38,601 nt of DNA. Source: Octopus bimaculoides. Its lineage: Eukaryota. Made by a program: the position numbers and the translations under genes. The first letter of the stretch is position 1. Each line of letters begins with the position of its first letter. Under the pieces are notes generated by a model, which searched no databases, was not told the origin of the DNA, and saw nothing but the letters and a program-made list of their open reading frames with translations. This document shows, piece after piece, positions 1 to 10,461 of this stretch. The stretch is from contig NC_068996.1 in NCBI RefSeq assembly GCF_001194135.2, positions 23,113,646-23,152,246 of the forward strand, read 5' to 3'.

Positions 1-54
<54 letters not shown>

Positions 55-110
55 TCTATCTCTCTGATATAAACACACACTCTGTCTCTGTAATATAACA
101 CACACTCTCT
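1..110. repeat. (TC)n/(AC)n compound microsatellite
   Basis: Pure TC run 1-31, then AC run and degenerate units. Confidence 0.95.
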
Positions 111-218
111 AGGTTTGATTTCGCTATTACACAAATATCACATTAAAATTTTGCAATTCAACATGGGGTGTCCAAAAAAATATGCGACTGAAAATATTAA
201 AGTGAAAATACCAAGTGG

Positions 219-256
219 CTAGCAGAAAACCGCCCGGAGGGCGGTCTTTCTGCTAG
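219..256 (+). mobile_element. Helitron-like 3' terminus
   Basis: GC-rich hairpin ACCGCCC-gga-GGGCGGT (229-245) ends 11 nt before the end of CTAG (253-256), which is followed by T. This is the standard Helitron 3' signature. 5' end not located. Confidence 0.6.
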
Positions 257-303
257 TATATATAATACATTATATATACATATATATGTAACGTAATTTC
301 TGA

Positions 304-701
304 ATGTCTGTTTGTTTCTGTCATTGTGCCAGTTTTCTGGCTACGGCAAAATGGATTGTGTGGCGGGCAAGATTGAATAGATTTAAAACAGATACACTCT
401 CCTTCGGTCAAGCCCACGTTGACCTTTTTCAAGTTTTATTTGGCAAGGAGATAAAGTATGAAGAAGTAAGTGCTGCCACCTCCCTGTAAATTTGTTCAAA
501 TCTGCATGAGAGTTTCGAATATTTTAAATATGGTACGAATGAACGGCCCGCTGTAACAATGTGATCCAGATTCTTAGAGGTTTTCTTCGAGTAGTCCTCG
601 GTAGTATGAAAGAGTCTGCCTATAAGGTGTTGTTCTCACGATCATAAGAAGTGGTTTCGATTTCGGGGCTGGGTGGAGCGTTGGGTTGTTGAAAAAAAAA
701 A
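304..701 (+). pseudogene. 3' fragment of L1/Tx1-like LINE (ORF2 C-terminus, 3' UTR, A tail), frameshifted
   Basis: FLATAKWIVWRARLNRFKTDT followed in another frame by FKFYLARR*SMKK*VLP...VRMNG resembles the AK-x-x-(I/V)W-x-x-R tail of L1/Tx1 ORF2 (from memory). A-run at 692-701. Confidence 0.45.
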
Positions 702-706
702 CATCT

Positions 707-707
707 C

Positions 708-778
<71 letters not shown>

Positions 779-782
779 TATG
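707..782. repeat. (AT)n(GT)n microsatellite abutting a gap
   Basis: Seen directly. Confidence 0.95.
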
Positions 783-1128
783 NNNNNNNNNNNNNNNNNN
801 NNNNNNNNNNNNNNNNNNNNNNNNNNNNNNNNNNNNNNNNNNNNNNNNNNNNNNNNNNNNNNNNNNNNNNNNNNNNNNNNNNNNNNNNNNNNNNNNNNNN
901 NNNNNNNNNNNNNNNNNNNNNNNNNNNNNNNNNNNNNNNNNNNNNNNNNNNNNNNNNNNNNNNNNNNNNNNNNNNNNNNNNNNNNNNNNNNNNNNNNNNN
1001 NNNNNNNNNNNNNNNNNNNNNNNNNNNNNNNNNNNNNNNNNNNNNNNNNNNNNNNNNNNNNNNNNNNNNNNNNNNNNNNNNNNNNNNNNNNNNNNNNNNN
1101 NNNNNNNNNNNNNNNNNNNNNNNNNNNN
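783..1128. other. Assembly gap. Other gaps: 1803-2633, 3547-3658, 5420-5429, 8010-8295, 12373-12941, 17182-17819, 26167-26426, 28120-28574, 35041-35648
   Basis: N runs. X-filled ORFs spanning them are artefacts. Confidence 0.99.
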
Positions 1129-1140
1129 ATATACATATAC

Positions 1141-1288
1141 ACGACGGGCTTCTTTCAGTTTCCGTCTACCAAATCCACTCACAAGGCTTTGGTCGGCCCG
1201 AGGCTATAGTAGAAGACACTTGCCCAAGGTGCCACGCAGTGGGATTGAACCCAGAACCATGTGGTTGGTTAGCAAGCTACTTACCACA
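1141..1288 (-). mobile_element. SINE-A 5' half, little diverged
   Basis: Minus strand reads GTGGTAAGTAGCTTGCT...GGGTTCAATCCC (Pol III A/B-box-like), then GGCACCTTGGGCAAGTGTCTTCTACTATAGCC (CORE-like). Homologous to copies at 20376, 21965 and 30003. Confidence 0.85.
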
Positions 1289-2678
1289 ACCAATGTAGGG
1301 CCATAGGCAAAAAAAAAAGAAGAAAAAAGCGGTTGAGACCCACTGGACTAAACTCTTCAACGCAGTATCGCAGCATATCTGCCGTCCATGCTGAGACAAG
1401 TAAAACTATTATAAAACGAAAAGAAAAGAAAAAGTTGATATTATATGACAATACAACAGCTGTTTACTGTTTGTATTTTCATCGAAAATGTGTCATATCA
1501 CAATCAATTACTACTTGATTCAAAGTTTCAACGAAAGAAAGTTTGTCTCCCTCACCGCCTCCTATCTTTGCTTCGAGTCAATGTATTTCTTCTACATCTT
1601 GTTATGTCCCGTGCAAACTTAAAATTTCGTGTCGCATATAGATTGGTTTCCTCACCACATATCGGTCTGTCTCTTTCATTCTCTCCCTTTTTTTTTACTC
1701 TTACCCTCTGTCTTGTCCGCTTATTATGCGCCAGATTGGCCCTGAAGGAGCACAGTTTACGAAGAACTACCAGCAATTATATGTATATATATATATATAT
1801 ATNNNNNNNNNNNNNNNNNNNNNNNNNNNNNNNNNNNNNNNNNNNNNNNNNNNNNNNNNNNNNNNNNNNNNNNNNNNNNNNNNNNNNNNNNNNNNNNNNN
1901 NNNNNNNNNNNNNNNNNNNNNNNNNNNNNNNNNNNNNNNNNNNNNNNNNNNNNNNNNNNNNNNNNNNNNNNNNNNNNNNNNNNNNNNNNNNNNNNNNNNN
2001 NNNNNNNNNNNNNNNNNNNNNNNNNNNNNNNNNNNNNNNNNNNNNNNNNNNNNNNNNNNNNNNNNNNNNNNNNNNNNNNNNNNNNNNNNNNNNNNNNNNN
2101 NNNNNNNNNNNNNNNNNNNNNNNNNNNNNNNNNNNNNNNNNNNNNNNNNNNNNNNNNNNNNNNNNNNNNNNNNNNNNNNNNNNNNNNNNNNNNNNNNNNN
2201 NNNNNNNNNNNNNNNNNNNNNNNNNNNNNNNNNNNNNNNNNNNNNNNNNNNNNNNNNNNNNNNNNNNNNNNNNNNNNNNNNNNNNNNNNNNNNNNNNNNN
2301 NNNNNNNNNNNNNNNNNNNNNNNNNNNNNNNNNNNNNNNNNNNNNNNNNNNNNNNNNNNNNNNNNNNNNNNNNNNNNNNNNNNNNNNNNNNNNNNNNNNN
2401 NNNNNNNNNNNNNNNNNNNNNNNNNNNNNNNNNNNNNNNNNNNNNNNNNNNNNNNNNNNNNNNNNNNNNNNNNNNNNNNNNNNNNNNNNNNNNNNNNNNN
2501 NNNNNNNNNNNNNNNNNNNNNNNNNNNNNNNNNNNNNNNNNNNNNNNNNNNNNNNNNNNNNNNNNNNNNNNNNNNNNNNNNNNNNNNNNNNNNNNNNNNN
2601 NNNNNNNNNNNNNNNNNNNNNNNNNNNNNNNNNTCTTTATTTTAAATTTTTTTTCAAAATGTGCGGAAAAATTTTGGA

Positions 2679-2844
2679 TAATTTTTCAGATTAACACCCG
2701 CACGATTTTCACTAGGGTGTTAGGATTAGGGTTTTAGGGTCAGGGTTAGGATTAGGGTTACGGTTACGGTTTTACGGTTAGGATTAGGTTTAGGGTTTTA
2801 GGGTTAGGGTTAGGTAATCGTGCGGGTGTTAATCTGAAAAATTA
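2679..2844. mobile_element. Inverted-repeat element enclosing a degenerate (TTAGGG)n tract
   Basis: Perfect 29-bp IR at 2679-2707 / 2816-2844 around 108 bp of TTAGGG/TTACGG/TTAGGA units. 33 nt from 2692 match 23733 with 3 mismatches. Confidence 0.75.
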
Positions 2845-2857
2845 CCAAATTTCGGAG

Positions 2858-3088
2858 ATGTATGTATGTATGTATGTGTGTCCGTGTTTGTCCCCCCCCC
2901 CAGCATCGCTTCACAACCGATGCTGGTGTGCTTACGTCCCCGTAACCTAGCGGTTTGGTAAAAGAGACCGATAGAATAAGTACTAGGCTTACAAAGAATA
3001 AGTCCTGGGGTCGATTTGCTCTACTAAAGGCAGTGTTCCAGCAGAGCCACAGTCAAACGACTGAAACAAGTAAAAGAATAAAAGAATA
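2858..3088 (+). mobile_element. SINE-A 3' half
   Basis: CATCGCTTCACAACCGATGCTGG...GATAGAATAAGTACTAGG...GACTGAAACAAGTAAAAGAAT, shared with 20896-21045 and 27400-27621. Confidence 0.85.
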
Positions 3089-3379
3089 TATATATTATAC
3101 AGTGGTATAGTATTGTTGGTCTCAAGAGACCATGGATCTGCGCCCGAAGAAATGTGTCAGCTGCTGCTGATGGTGCAGTTTCTGTAGAGGCCCACACGAG
3201 AGTAGCGGTCATTTAACGACTGCATTTGGAGGAGCTCTCTGCCGACGGTACTGGTTTTTCCTTCCGTCGAGTGCGCTTTTCTTTGGTGGCGAGTTTCTAA
3301 CAGAAAAACAGATATATATACTTTCAAGTATATATATATATATATACATTTGCAATGTTGGACCAGTGAACTCAACACG

Positions 3380-3546
3380 TTATTTTTTTGTTTTTGTTTT
3401 AATTCTCTCTATACTTCCTCTTATTGCTTTCTGTCGAAGAGCGTAGTCTCGAAACGTAAAAGACTTTTCCATTTTCCCCGAGTTTTAAACTAATAGACTT
3501 GCTTGTTGTTCCTACACCTGTCTTCATCTTTGTTTTTCTATAAATT
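3380..3546 (+). mobile_element. Penelope-like terminal-repeat fragment with hammerhead-like motif (3427-3464)
   Basis: CTTT-CTGTCGA-AGAGCGTAGTCTC-GAAACGTA-AAAGAC plus a downstream T-rich tail homologous to 29300-29430. Confidence 0.6.
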
Positions 3547-3658
3547 NNNNNNNNNNNNNNNNNNNNNNNNNNNNNNNNNNNNNNNNNNNNNNNNNNNNNN
3601 NNNNNNNNNNNNNNNNNNNNNNNNNNNNNNNNNNNNNNNNNNNNNNNNNNNNNNNNNN

Positions 3659-3692
<34 letters not shown>

Positions 3693-4368
3693 TTAAGAAT
3701 GCTTTTGTAATGTGTGTGCATTTTAAGAAACTGAAATATAAAACAAACCATAAAATCGTTAGGGATGTTATTACGTGCATGCGATGCAATTAAAAACACT
3801 CGAAATTATCATATGCTTTCGTAAAATGTAGTACCAAGATTATTGGAGAATGGTAGATAGACAGAGACAAAGGGAGAGAGAGAGAGAGAGAGAGCAGGCG
3901 TGTAAAATATGATCTGTTTGTGTAAGTGTGAGAGAGAAAGAAAATATAAAGTGAAACGATATGCGCATAAAGCGTGAAGAACATAGTTAAATGTTGATTG
4001 TAACAAACTTGCAGTGTTAGAAGAGTAGACAATAGTAAAAAGAAACAGACTAGATGCACCGCCATGTTGGACTTATTCACCATCAATTATAATTTAACTG
4101 TTATTTTGTAGTTTAACTACGATAATATAGAGTACTATCACTGAGACGGGGCTACAAAATTATTTGATCAAAGTAGCGCCCAGTGTAATTGAATCTTGCA
4201 AAACTAAATATCGATTGTTATATATAATTATGTATGTTTGCGTGTGTGTATGTAAGTGTGTATACACACAAAGTCTAATGCAGGCTGACAGGACAAAACT
4301 TTAAAGTCACTGTTAACACTTGTTGCAAAATAAAATATATATGTACTCTACAGAAAGTATTGAGTAAT

Positions 4369-4690
4369 CCCATTTAAAGAAATTGAGTTATCTCCCCACT
4401 AAAAAAGTTGAGTTTATGTGGCGACAAGAGATTGGATTGAAAGAGATCCTTTTGATTCAATACTTCAAGACACTGTTGGCGCTTGGCCTCCTGAATAGGC
4501 ATAGTATGATTTGTTATAGATATGCTATCAGATTCAATAAGATGTTTAATTTTTTTCAGTTTTCATGTTTATTAATTTTTTTTGTTTTATTGAGGGTTAG
4601 ACAATTTTTTAGTTGAGGGAAATAACCAAAAGCACCGATATTTCTCGTAAAACGGTGTGAAGTGGGGAGATAACCCAATTTTTTAATGGG
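4369..4690. mobile_element. MITE-like element with GAGATAACC subrepeats
   Basis: 20-bp IR with 1 mismatch (4381-4400 / 4661-4680), extending imperfectly to about 32 bp. Further GA(A/G)ATAACCAAAA copies near 4618 and 4694. No clear TSD. Confidence 0.5.
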
Positions 4691-5974
4691 GGTGAGATAA
4701 CCAAAACGTACCAAATCCTTTAGTGAAATATAAAATTGTTTTTATTTTGACTTGATATAAAAGATATTTACACATACACACTTAAACATTTTCACGTTGA
4801 CTGTGTATGGGCGTATGTGTGTCTTTGTGTAGACAACAGGCATGGAGTAAACCAAATTATTAGCAAAAGGCCGATATTATGACACAAGGATCTTTTTCAA
4901 TTTCTTCCAACCACTCGTTTTGGAAGAAAGTGAAAAAGATCCTGACTCACCAACATCAAAAATATGCATTTATTAAATGCACTGAATTGAATTGGTTGTT
5001 TCTAAAACTTTATAATGAATGGAAAATCGTATACATTTTTTATATTCGCAGAATTATAGCTTCATTGTAGGAATTATTTTTTACCATGTGTGTGTAAAGC
5101 TGACTTACAAGATGCTGCTTGTTGTATGCTATTTGACCCCAGGTCAGCTTTGCTCCCCAAGCAGAGATGTTCCAGTGACGACCAGACTATCTCATCGCTT
5201 TTTATAAATCAAAGACTACGTTTACCCAATGTGTCATTCCTAATTTACAACTTGAAAGTGTTATTTTGGAAGAAATGTGCTTGTTGATCCTTACAGGCCG
5301 AGTGACCACAGAGATCACACTTTCTCGTAGGCGCTCATCTTTCTTTTTCTTTTCGTCCCCCCATTTACTCGCAAATAATTGTTTAAAAAATTAATTATAT
5401 TTTTTTGCTAAAAACCCACNNNNNNNNNNGTAGAAAAATATTTGGAAATCTGTTTCAGAAACATAATTTCCATTTTTCTGCATATTTTGAAAGAAAAAAT
5501 TTCTGAAAAAGTGAAAAATGAAGAATTTAGGTGGGGAAAGGGGTAGGGTTTCAAAATGCCGATTTTTGCCAATTTTTTTGCAGATTCGTATTCTCCGTAG
5601 CCGTAGAAAAAAAGAAATTAAATAAAAAAAAAGAGGTGTTTTTTGGGACGGGTACAAAGGGAAGTCTTGCCTTTTTTTTTTTCCTTCTTTGCCAGAAACA
5701 AAATGTCACAGTTACAGAACCAGTTACGTTTTGTATTTCAAGAAGAAAAAAAAAAGAAAGGAAAAAGAAACAAAAAAGAACATGAGAAATTAATACATGA
5801 CAAATCAGTAATCTGTAAAATGAAGCTTCAAAGCTTTTTAAAACCATTACCACAAGACCTGCGATTGGTTCCAGTTTACAACAAATATTTCGTTTTTCCA
5901 TCGTTAATTTTGGGTATACAGGATATGGAGATATATAAATATGAAGTATGAAAACAAGTGTGTGAGTTAACATG

Positions 5975-6028
5975 GGTGTGTGGTAAGAAACTTGCTTCCC
6001 AACCACATGGTTGTGGGTTCAGTACCAC
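5975..6028 (+). mobile_element. SINE-A/C head fragment
   Basis: GTGTGGTAAGAAACTTGCTTCCCAACCACATGGTTGTGGGTTCAGTACC. Confidence 0.75.
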
Positions 6029-7149
6029 CAGTTCATCGTGGATTTATCCTGGATTAATTGACAATATCTACAGCATACACATGTAAAAATAACATGCACC
6101 AGTTGTTAATTGTAACAAAAGACTATCACCCACTTCCCCTTGTAGCTAGCTGAGTAACATTTGGCAAGAGACATAATTTAGAAAATCTTGTGTTGAAATA
6201 CATATAATTTTTATACTTTGGTTGACATGTCACATTTGCAATATGTTTCTGGTGTTAAGAGAAGCAAACTATTTTATGAAACATAATAGTTAAAGAAGAG
6301 TAGAATTAACAGATGGTATTACTCTCAGCAATGTGATAGAAGATGGATCCAAAGGCTAAGTCTTCAGTGATACTACTACTAGTACTACTGCTGCTGCTGC
6401 TCTTAATAATAATGATAATAATAAAGGATTCTAAGGAGGGTGTACAAAGTTGAAGGAAAAGGAATGATCCAAAGGACCTTTGGCCATTTGATATGACTCA
6501 CTCTTGGTATAGTGCTAGTAAAACATTTACTAGAGCAAAGCATCACTGAAGATAATGATTTCTTTTATTGGCCACAAGGGCCCATGAAAATAATAATAAC
6601 AACAATTAAAAAAAAAAGTGAGAAAATGGTGTAAACATGAGCCAAAGTGTGTGGTAAAAATGAACTGAGCAAACATGCTTTCGGACTTCTTGATTCATTG
6701 TGATCATAGAATCAAGCATCAGTGTGATCTTAGACTAAGACATCAGAAACCTGTTTGCCTTGGGTGACAAGGGAGATAAATCATGCCTGATCATAAGACA
6801 TTGTTTGCACTGGTGACAGCAGAATCATCAAAAAAGGAGGAAACTTACAATATGAAACTCTGAAGAGAGAAATAAAAAAAAACTGTGGTCAATTAAAGAG
6901 TGTATATTGTGCAAATAATTGTTGGTGCCCTATTATACAGTGAGAAAAGAAATTGAAAATTAGTTGGAAAAGCCAGGAATAAAAAATGAAACTAGAACAC
7001 ACTCAGACAGCAGCATTACTTGGCAATGCAAGGAGTCTCTACAAAGTTCGCATAAAAAACAAGTACCACCTTGGTTTATCGGAAGTGAACAGCTGTTGCA
7101 TTAATGACAAATCTAACAGCAAACAAGCTGTGTTAGATGTAGTAATAAT

Positions 7150-7417
7150 AATAATAACAACAACAATAATATCCTTTCTAAGAAAGGCTCAAGGCCGGAA
7201 ATGTTGGGGGAAGAGGCTAATCAATTAGATTGCCCCTTGTGCTTAACTGGTACATTTTTTATTGAATCCAAAGAATGATAGGCAAAGTCGACCCCAATGT
7301 AATTTGAACTCAGAACATAAAGATAGACAAATGCTGCTCAGCACCAGGCAAACACTGGGGTCAGTGTAATTGACAAGCTTTTATCCTGCAAGCTAACAAT
7401 ACTACCAGCTCACTGCC
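7150..7417 (-). mobile_element. SINE-B, CpG-decayed
   Basis: Aligns with 15728-15920 and 34074-34284. (TAA)n-type tail at the low-coordinate end. Confidence 0.75.
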
Positions 7418-7582
7418 CTAAATAATTCTTTCTTCTATAAGCACCAAGTCTGAAATTTTGGGGAAAAAAAAAGCTAGTAAATCACCTTGGCTGCTGCTTA
7501 ATTTATCAATGCCAAAATAATGAAGGCTAAGTCAACTTTGGCAGAATTTGAAATCAGAATGTAAAGACAGGTGAAATGCCAA
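7418..7582 (-). mobile_element. SINE-B, second tandem copy, CpG-decayed
   Basis: AAGTCAACTTTGGCAGAATTTGAAATCAGAATGTAAAGACAG is the decayed SINE-B body. Confidence 0.7.
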
Positions 7583-7589
7583 TTATCAA

Positions 7590-7895
7590 TTTAGTATGGC
7601 ATGCGAATGTTTCTTCCAGCTCATGCCACTGGACTGACTCCTGTGCAGGTGGCATGTAAAAAACACCATTTGAGTATGGCCGTTGCCAGTACCACTGGAC
7701 TGGCCCTCGTGCCGGTGGCACGTAAAAGCACCCACTACTCTCTCTGAGTGGTTGGCGTTAGGAAGGGCATCCAGCTGTAGAAACTCTGCCAAATCAGATT
7801 GGAGCCTGGTGTCGCCTCCTGGTCCACCAGTCCCCAGTCAAATCGTCCAACCCATGCTAGCATGGAAAGCAGACGTTAAACAATGATGATGATGA
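7590..7895 (+). mobile_element. SINE-C-type 3' part with ~66-bp internal tandem duplication and (GAT)n tail
   Basis: CCACTGGACTG..GTGC.GGTGGCA.GTAAAA at 7626 and 7692. GTTGGCGTTAGGAAGGGCATCCAGCTGTAGAAA...CATGGAAAGCAGACGTTAAAC(GAT)n, a tail shared with 10245, 13480 and 15350. Confidence 0.75.
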
Positions 7896-8009
7896 ATAAT
7901 AACAATAAGAATAATATTTCTAACATTGGCAAATCCCCTGAAATTTGAGTCAAAGTGGTGGTGGTGGTGGGGGGCTTAGTTGATTAAATTGATCCCAGTA
8001 GACCAAACT
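7896..8009 (-). mobile_element. SINE-B 3' part running into a gap
   Basis: CCTGAAATTTG...TTAGTTGATTAAATTGATCCCAGTA matches the B tail. Confidence 0.6.
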
Positions 8010-8811
8010 NNNNNNNNNNNNNNNNNNNNNNNNNNNNNNNNNNNNNNNNNNNNNNNNNNNNNNNNNNNNNNNNNNNNNNNNNNNNNNNNNNNNNNNNNNN
8101 NNNNNNNNNNNNNNNNNNNNNNNNNNNNNNNNNNNNNNNNNNNNNNNNNNNNNNNNNNNNNNNNNNNNNNNNNNNNNNNNNNNNNNNNNNNNNNNNNNNN
8201 NNNNNNNNNNNNNNNNNNNNNNNNNNNNNNNNNNNNNNNNNNNNNNNNNNNNNNNNNNNNNNNNNNNNNNNNNNNNNNNNNNNNNNNNNNNNNNNAGAAA
8301 GAAAAAGAGATTGAGAAATATTTTTAAAAGATCTTTCTTATTCCCCTTTGAAAAATTCAAATCTCCCCCTACCTTCACCCCAATCCTTTCAATATCTTTT
8401 AAAACTATGGCTTTAAAATAATTTTTGAAGAAAAAAGTTTTTTTCTGTTTTCAGTTAACCATTTTAGAATAAAATTTTGTCAGGAACCTTTTTCAACTCT
8501 TAAAAATCTCTTCTTTTTCAAAAAGACTTTTTTAAAAAAAAATATTAGTGTCTCTTAACAAGATAATGGATAATAATTTTTAAGTGGTGATTGAGTGCTT
8601 ACTCTGATGCTATGAGTATACTACAGTAAAGTGAAACTGATTATGGGGGCATACATAAGTATGTACATGTGTGTGTGTGTGTAAGAGAGAAAGAACATGA
8701 TTATATAATACAATTTTAAATAAAAGCTATTGCATGAATACAGAAGTATGGAAAATTACATGAGTATAGGAAGGAGTAAACATGGATGCAGACATGACTT
8801 ATGAGTAAAAG

Positions 8812-8960
8812 GTTGGCTATATAGTTAAGAATTTTACTTTGTAACTGTGTGGTTTTGGGTTCAATCCCACTAAGCAAAATATCTCCTACTATATTTTCTC
8901 TCTTCAAACAAATACCTACCTTCTGAGTGAATTTTGTTAGACAGAAGCTATGTCAAAGCC
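8812..8960 (+). mobile_element. Old SINE-A/C 5' half
   Basis: GGCTATATAGTTAAGAA...GGGTTCAATCCCAC...CTACTATA...GAGTGAATTTTGTTAGACAGAA. Confidence 0.6.
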
Positions 8961-9051
8961 TGTCAAATGGCACTATTCCTATTTTGCAAAGTGATTGCCT
9001 TAATCTTTTGCTTGGTTTAACACCACTCCCTGGCATGTTTGGTGTCTTTAA

Positions 9052-9263
9052 CCCTTTAGCATTCAGATTATTCTGTCAAATGTAAGGCTTACTTATTCTC
9101 ATTGTTTTTAATTAATCTGCTTCATCTTGTAGCTTTGAGATTTTGACGAGTTAATTTTTAGAATGATATCATAAGGTTGGTGTGAGAGGTTAGATCTGGC
9201 CAGTTTGAACATAAAGCATGTGGAATATTTTGGCCAGATATGACCAGTTTAAATACTAAAAGC
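9052..9263. mobile_element. piggyBac-like MITE, degenerate
   Basis: Left end TTAA|CCCTTTAGCATT. Right end AATACTAAAAGC|TTAG is a decayed inverse of it (AATGCTAAAGGG|TTAA). Confidence 0.55.
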
Positions 9264-9559
9264 TTAGGTGTCTGCCTGTGTTGTAAGCATTCAGGCCAAG
9301 GCCTTCATCCCTTCCCACCACCTTCCCAAAGGCTTTCAAAAAAAAAAAAAAGGAAGAAAGAAAAAACTGAAGAGAGTTGGTTGTTCAACTTTTCTTTTCC
9401 TGGCTAAAAATTATTTGAAACCAGATCAAAATACAGACAGGTACAGTGTCTAGAAGAGAAAAGTACACTAAAGCTTCAACCATTAAAACCAAAAGCAACA
9501 TTAAAAGCACCAACAATGACTAATCTGAGATTTTTCCACCTTTGTTGACCTCCTAAAAA

Positions 9560-9795
9560 TAATTCTTTTTCCTATAGGCACAAGGCCTGAAATTTGGTGG
9601 GATGATGGTAGGTGGGGTGGGGGGTCTAGTTGATTTCATTGATCATCTCAAAATGTCACTGATACATTATTGACTCCTAAAAGGGTTGAAGGCACCTTTG
9701 ACAGTGGAATTTGAACTCACAGTGTTAAAGCAGATGAAATGCTGCAGAACATTTTTATCTGGCATACTAACGATATTCTGCTGGCTTACCACTTC
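9560..9795 (-). mobile_element. SINE-B, CpG-decayed
   Basis: AGGCACAAGGCCTGAAATTT...GGAATTTGAACTCACAGTGTTAAAGCAGATGAAATGC...CTAACGATATTCTGC. Confidence 0.75.
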
Positions 9796-9812
9796 AATAT
9801 TCTGTAATATTT

Positions 9813-9990
9813 GCAAGTGTGGCAGTGTGGTTAAGAAGTTCACTTCTCAAACTCATAGTTTTGGGTTCAGTCTCACTGCAAGGCAGTCAGTTTGGTCTCC
9901 TACTATAACCCTGAACCAGCCAAAATTTTGTGAGTGAATATCATAGATGGAAACTGAAAGAAATGCCATTGTTCGTGTGTGTGTGTGTGT
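9813..9990 (+). mobile_element. Old SINE-A/C 5' half. A SINE-C tail fragment follows at 10245-10355
   Basis: GGCAGTGTGGTTAAGAAG...GGGTTCAGTCTCACTGC...GATGGAAACTGAAAGAAA. Tail GGTTGGCGACAGGAAG...GCATGGAAAACAGATGTTAAAC. Confidence 0.65.
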
Positions 9991-10461
9991 ATACTGTATG
10001 TCAATGTGTGTATACTGTATGTCAATATGTGTGTGTGTGAATGTCTATAAAACAACAGTAAGCTACAGGTACAGATGGTGATGTCACTATTTGCACTTCA
10101 CTTACAACAAACTGAGTTCCATCATTTAAGGTTGGGTTGCAACTGCTCTAGTTTGCTGACATTTCCTGTTGATGAAATCATATGATACCTCTGTGCTTTC
10201 AAAATTCCACTGGGATGAAAAAGAAAAAAAGCAAACTCTTATTTGAAAACCAGGTAAGGGTTGGCGACAGGAAGTGCAGTTGGCTGTAAAAATCCTTCCT
10301 TAAAATTTACTTCAGTCTAAGCTGAGCTAGCATGGAAAACAGATGTTAAACAAATGAATGAACAAACAACAATATATTTGTGTGTATGAATACACACACA
10401 TGCACGCACACATATATACAGATGTGTGTGTTTGTGTATATAATATATCTATGTATATATA

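Noticed and set aside
1738-1785. CTGAAGG-AGCACAGTTTAC-GAAG as a sixth hammerhead
   Set aside because: Core, GAAA and stems I-III are all mismatched, too degenerate to support.
642-2737. Long X-containing ORFs and HT/YI/VC-repeat peptides, here and around all gaps
   Set aside because: Produced by N runs and dinucleotide microsatellites.
3110-3300. GC-richer segment with short ORFs on both strands
   Set aside because: No recognisable domain. It may belong to the adjacent Penelope-like fragment but cannot be assigned.
5179-5385. Open frame containing FTQCVIPNLQLESVIL, reminiscent of a DDE transposase
   Set aside because: The catalytic DNA motif is absent and there are no TIRs.
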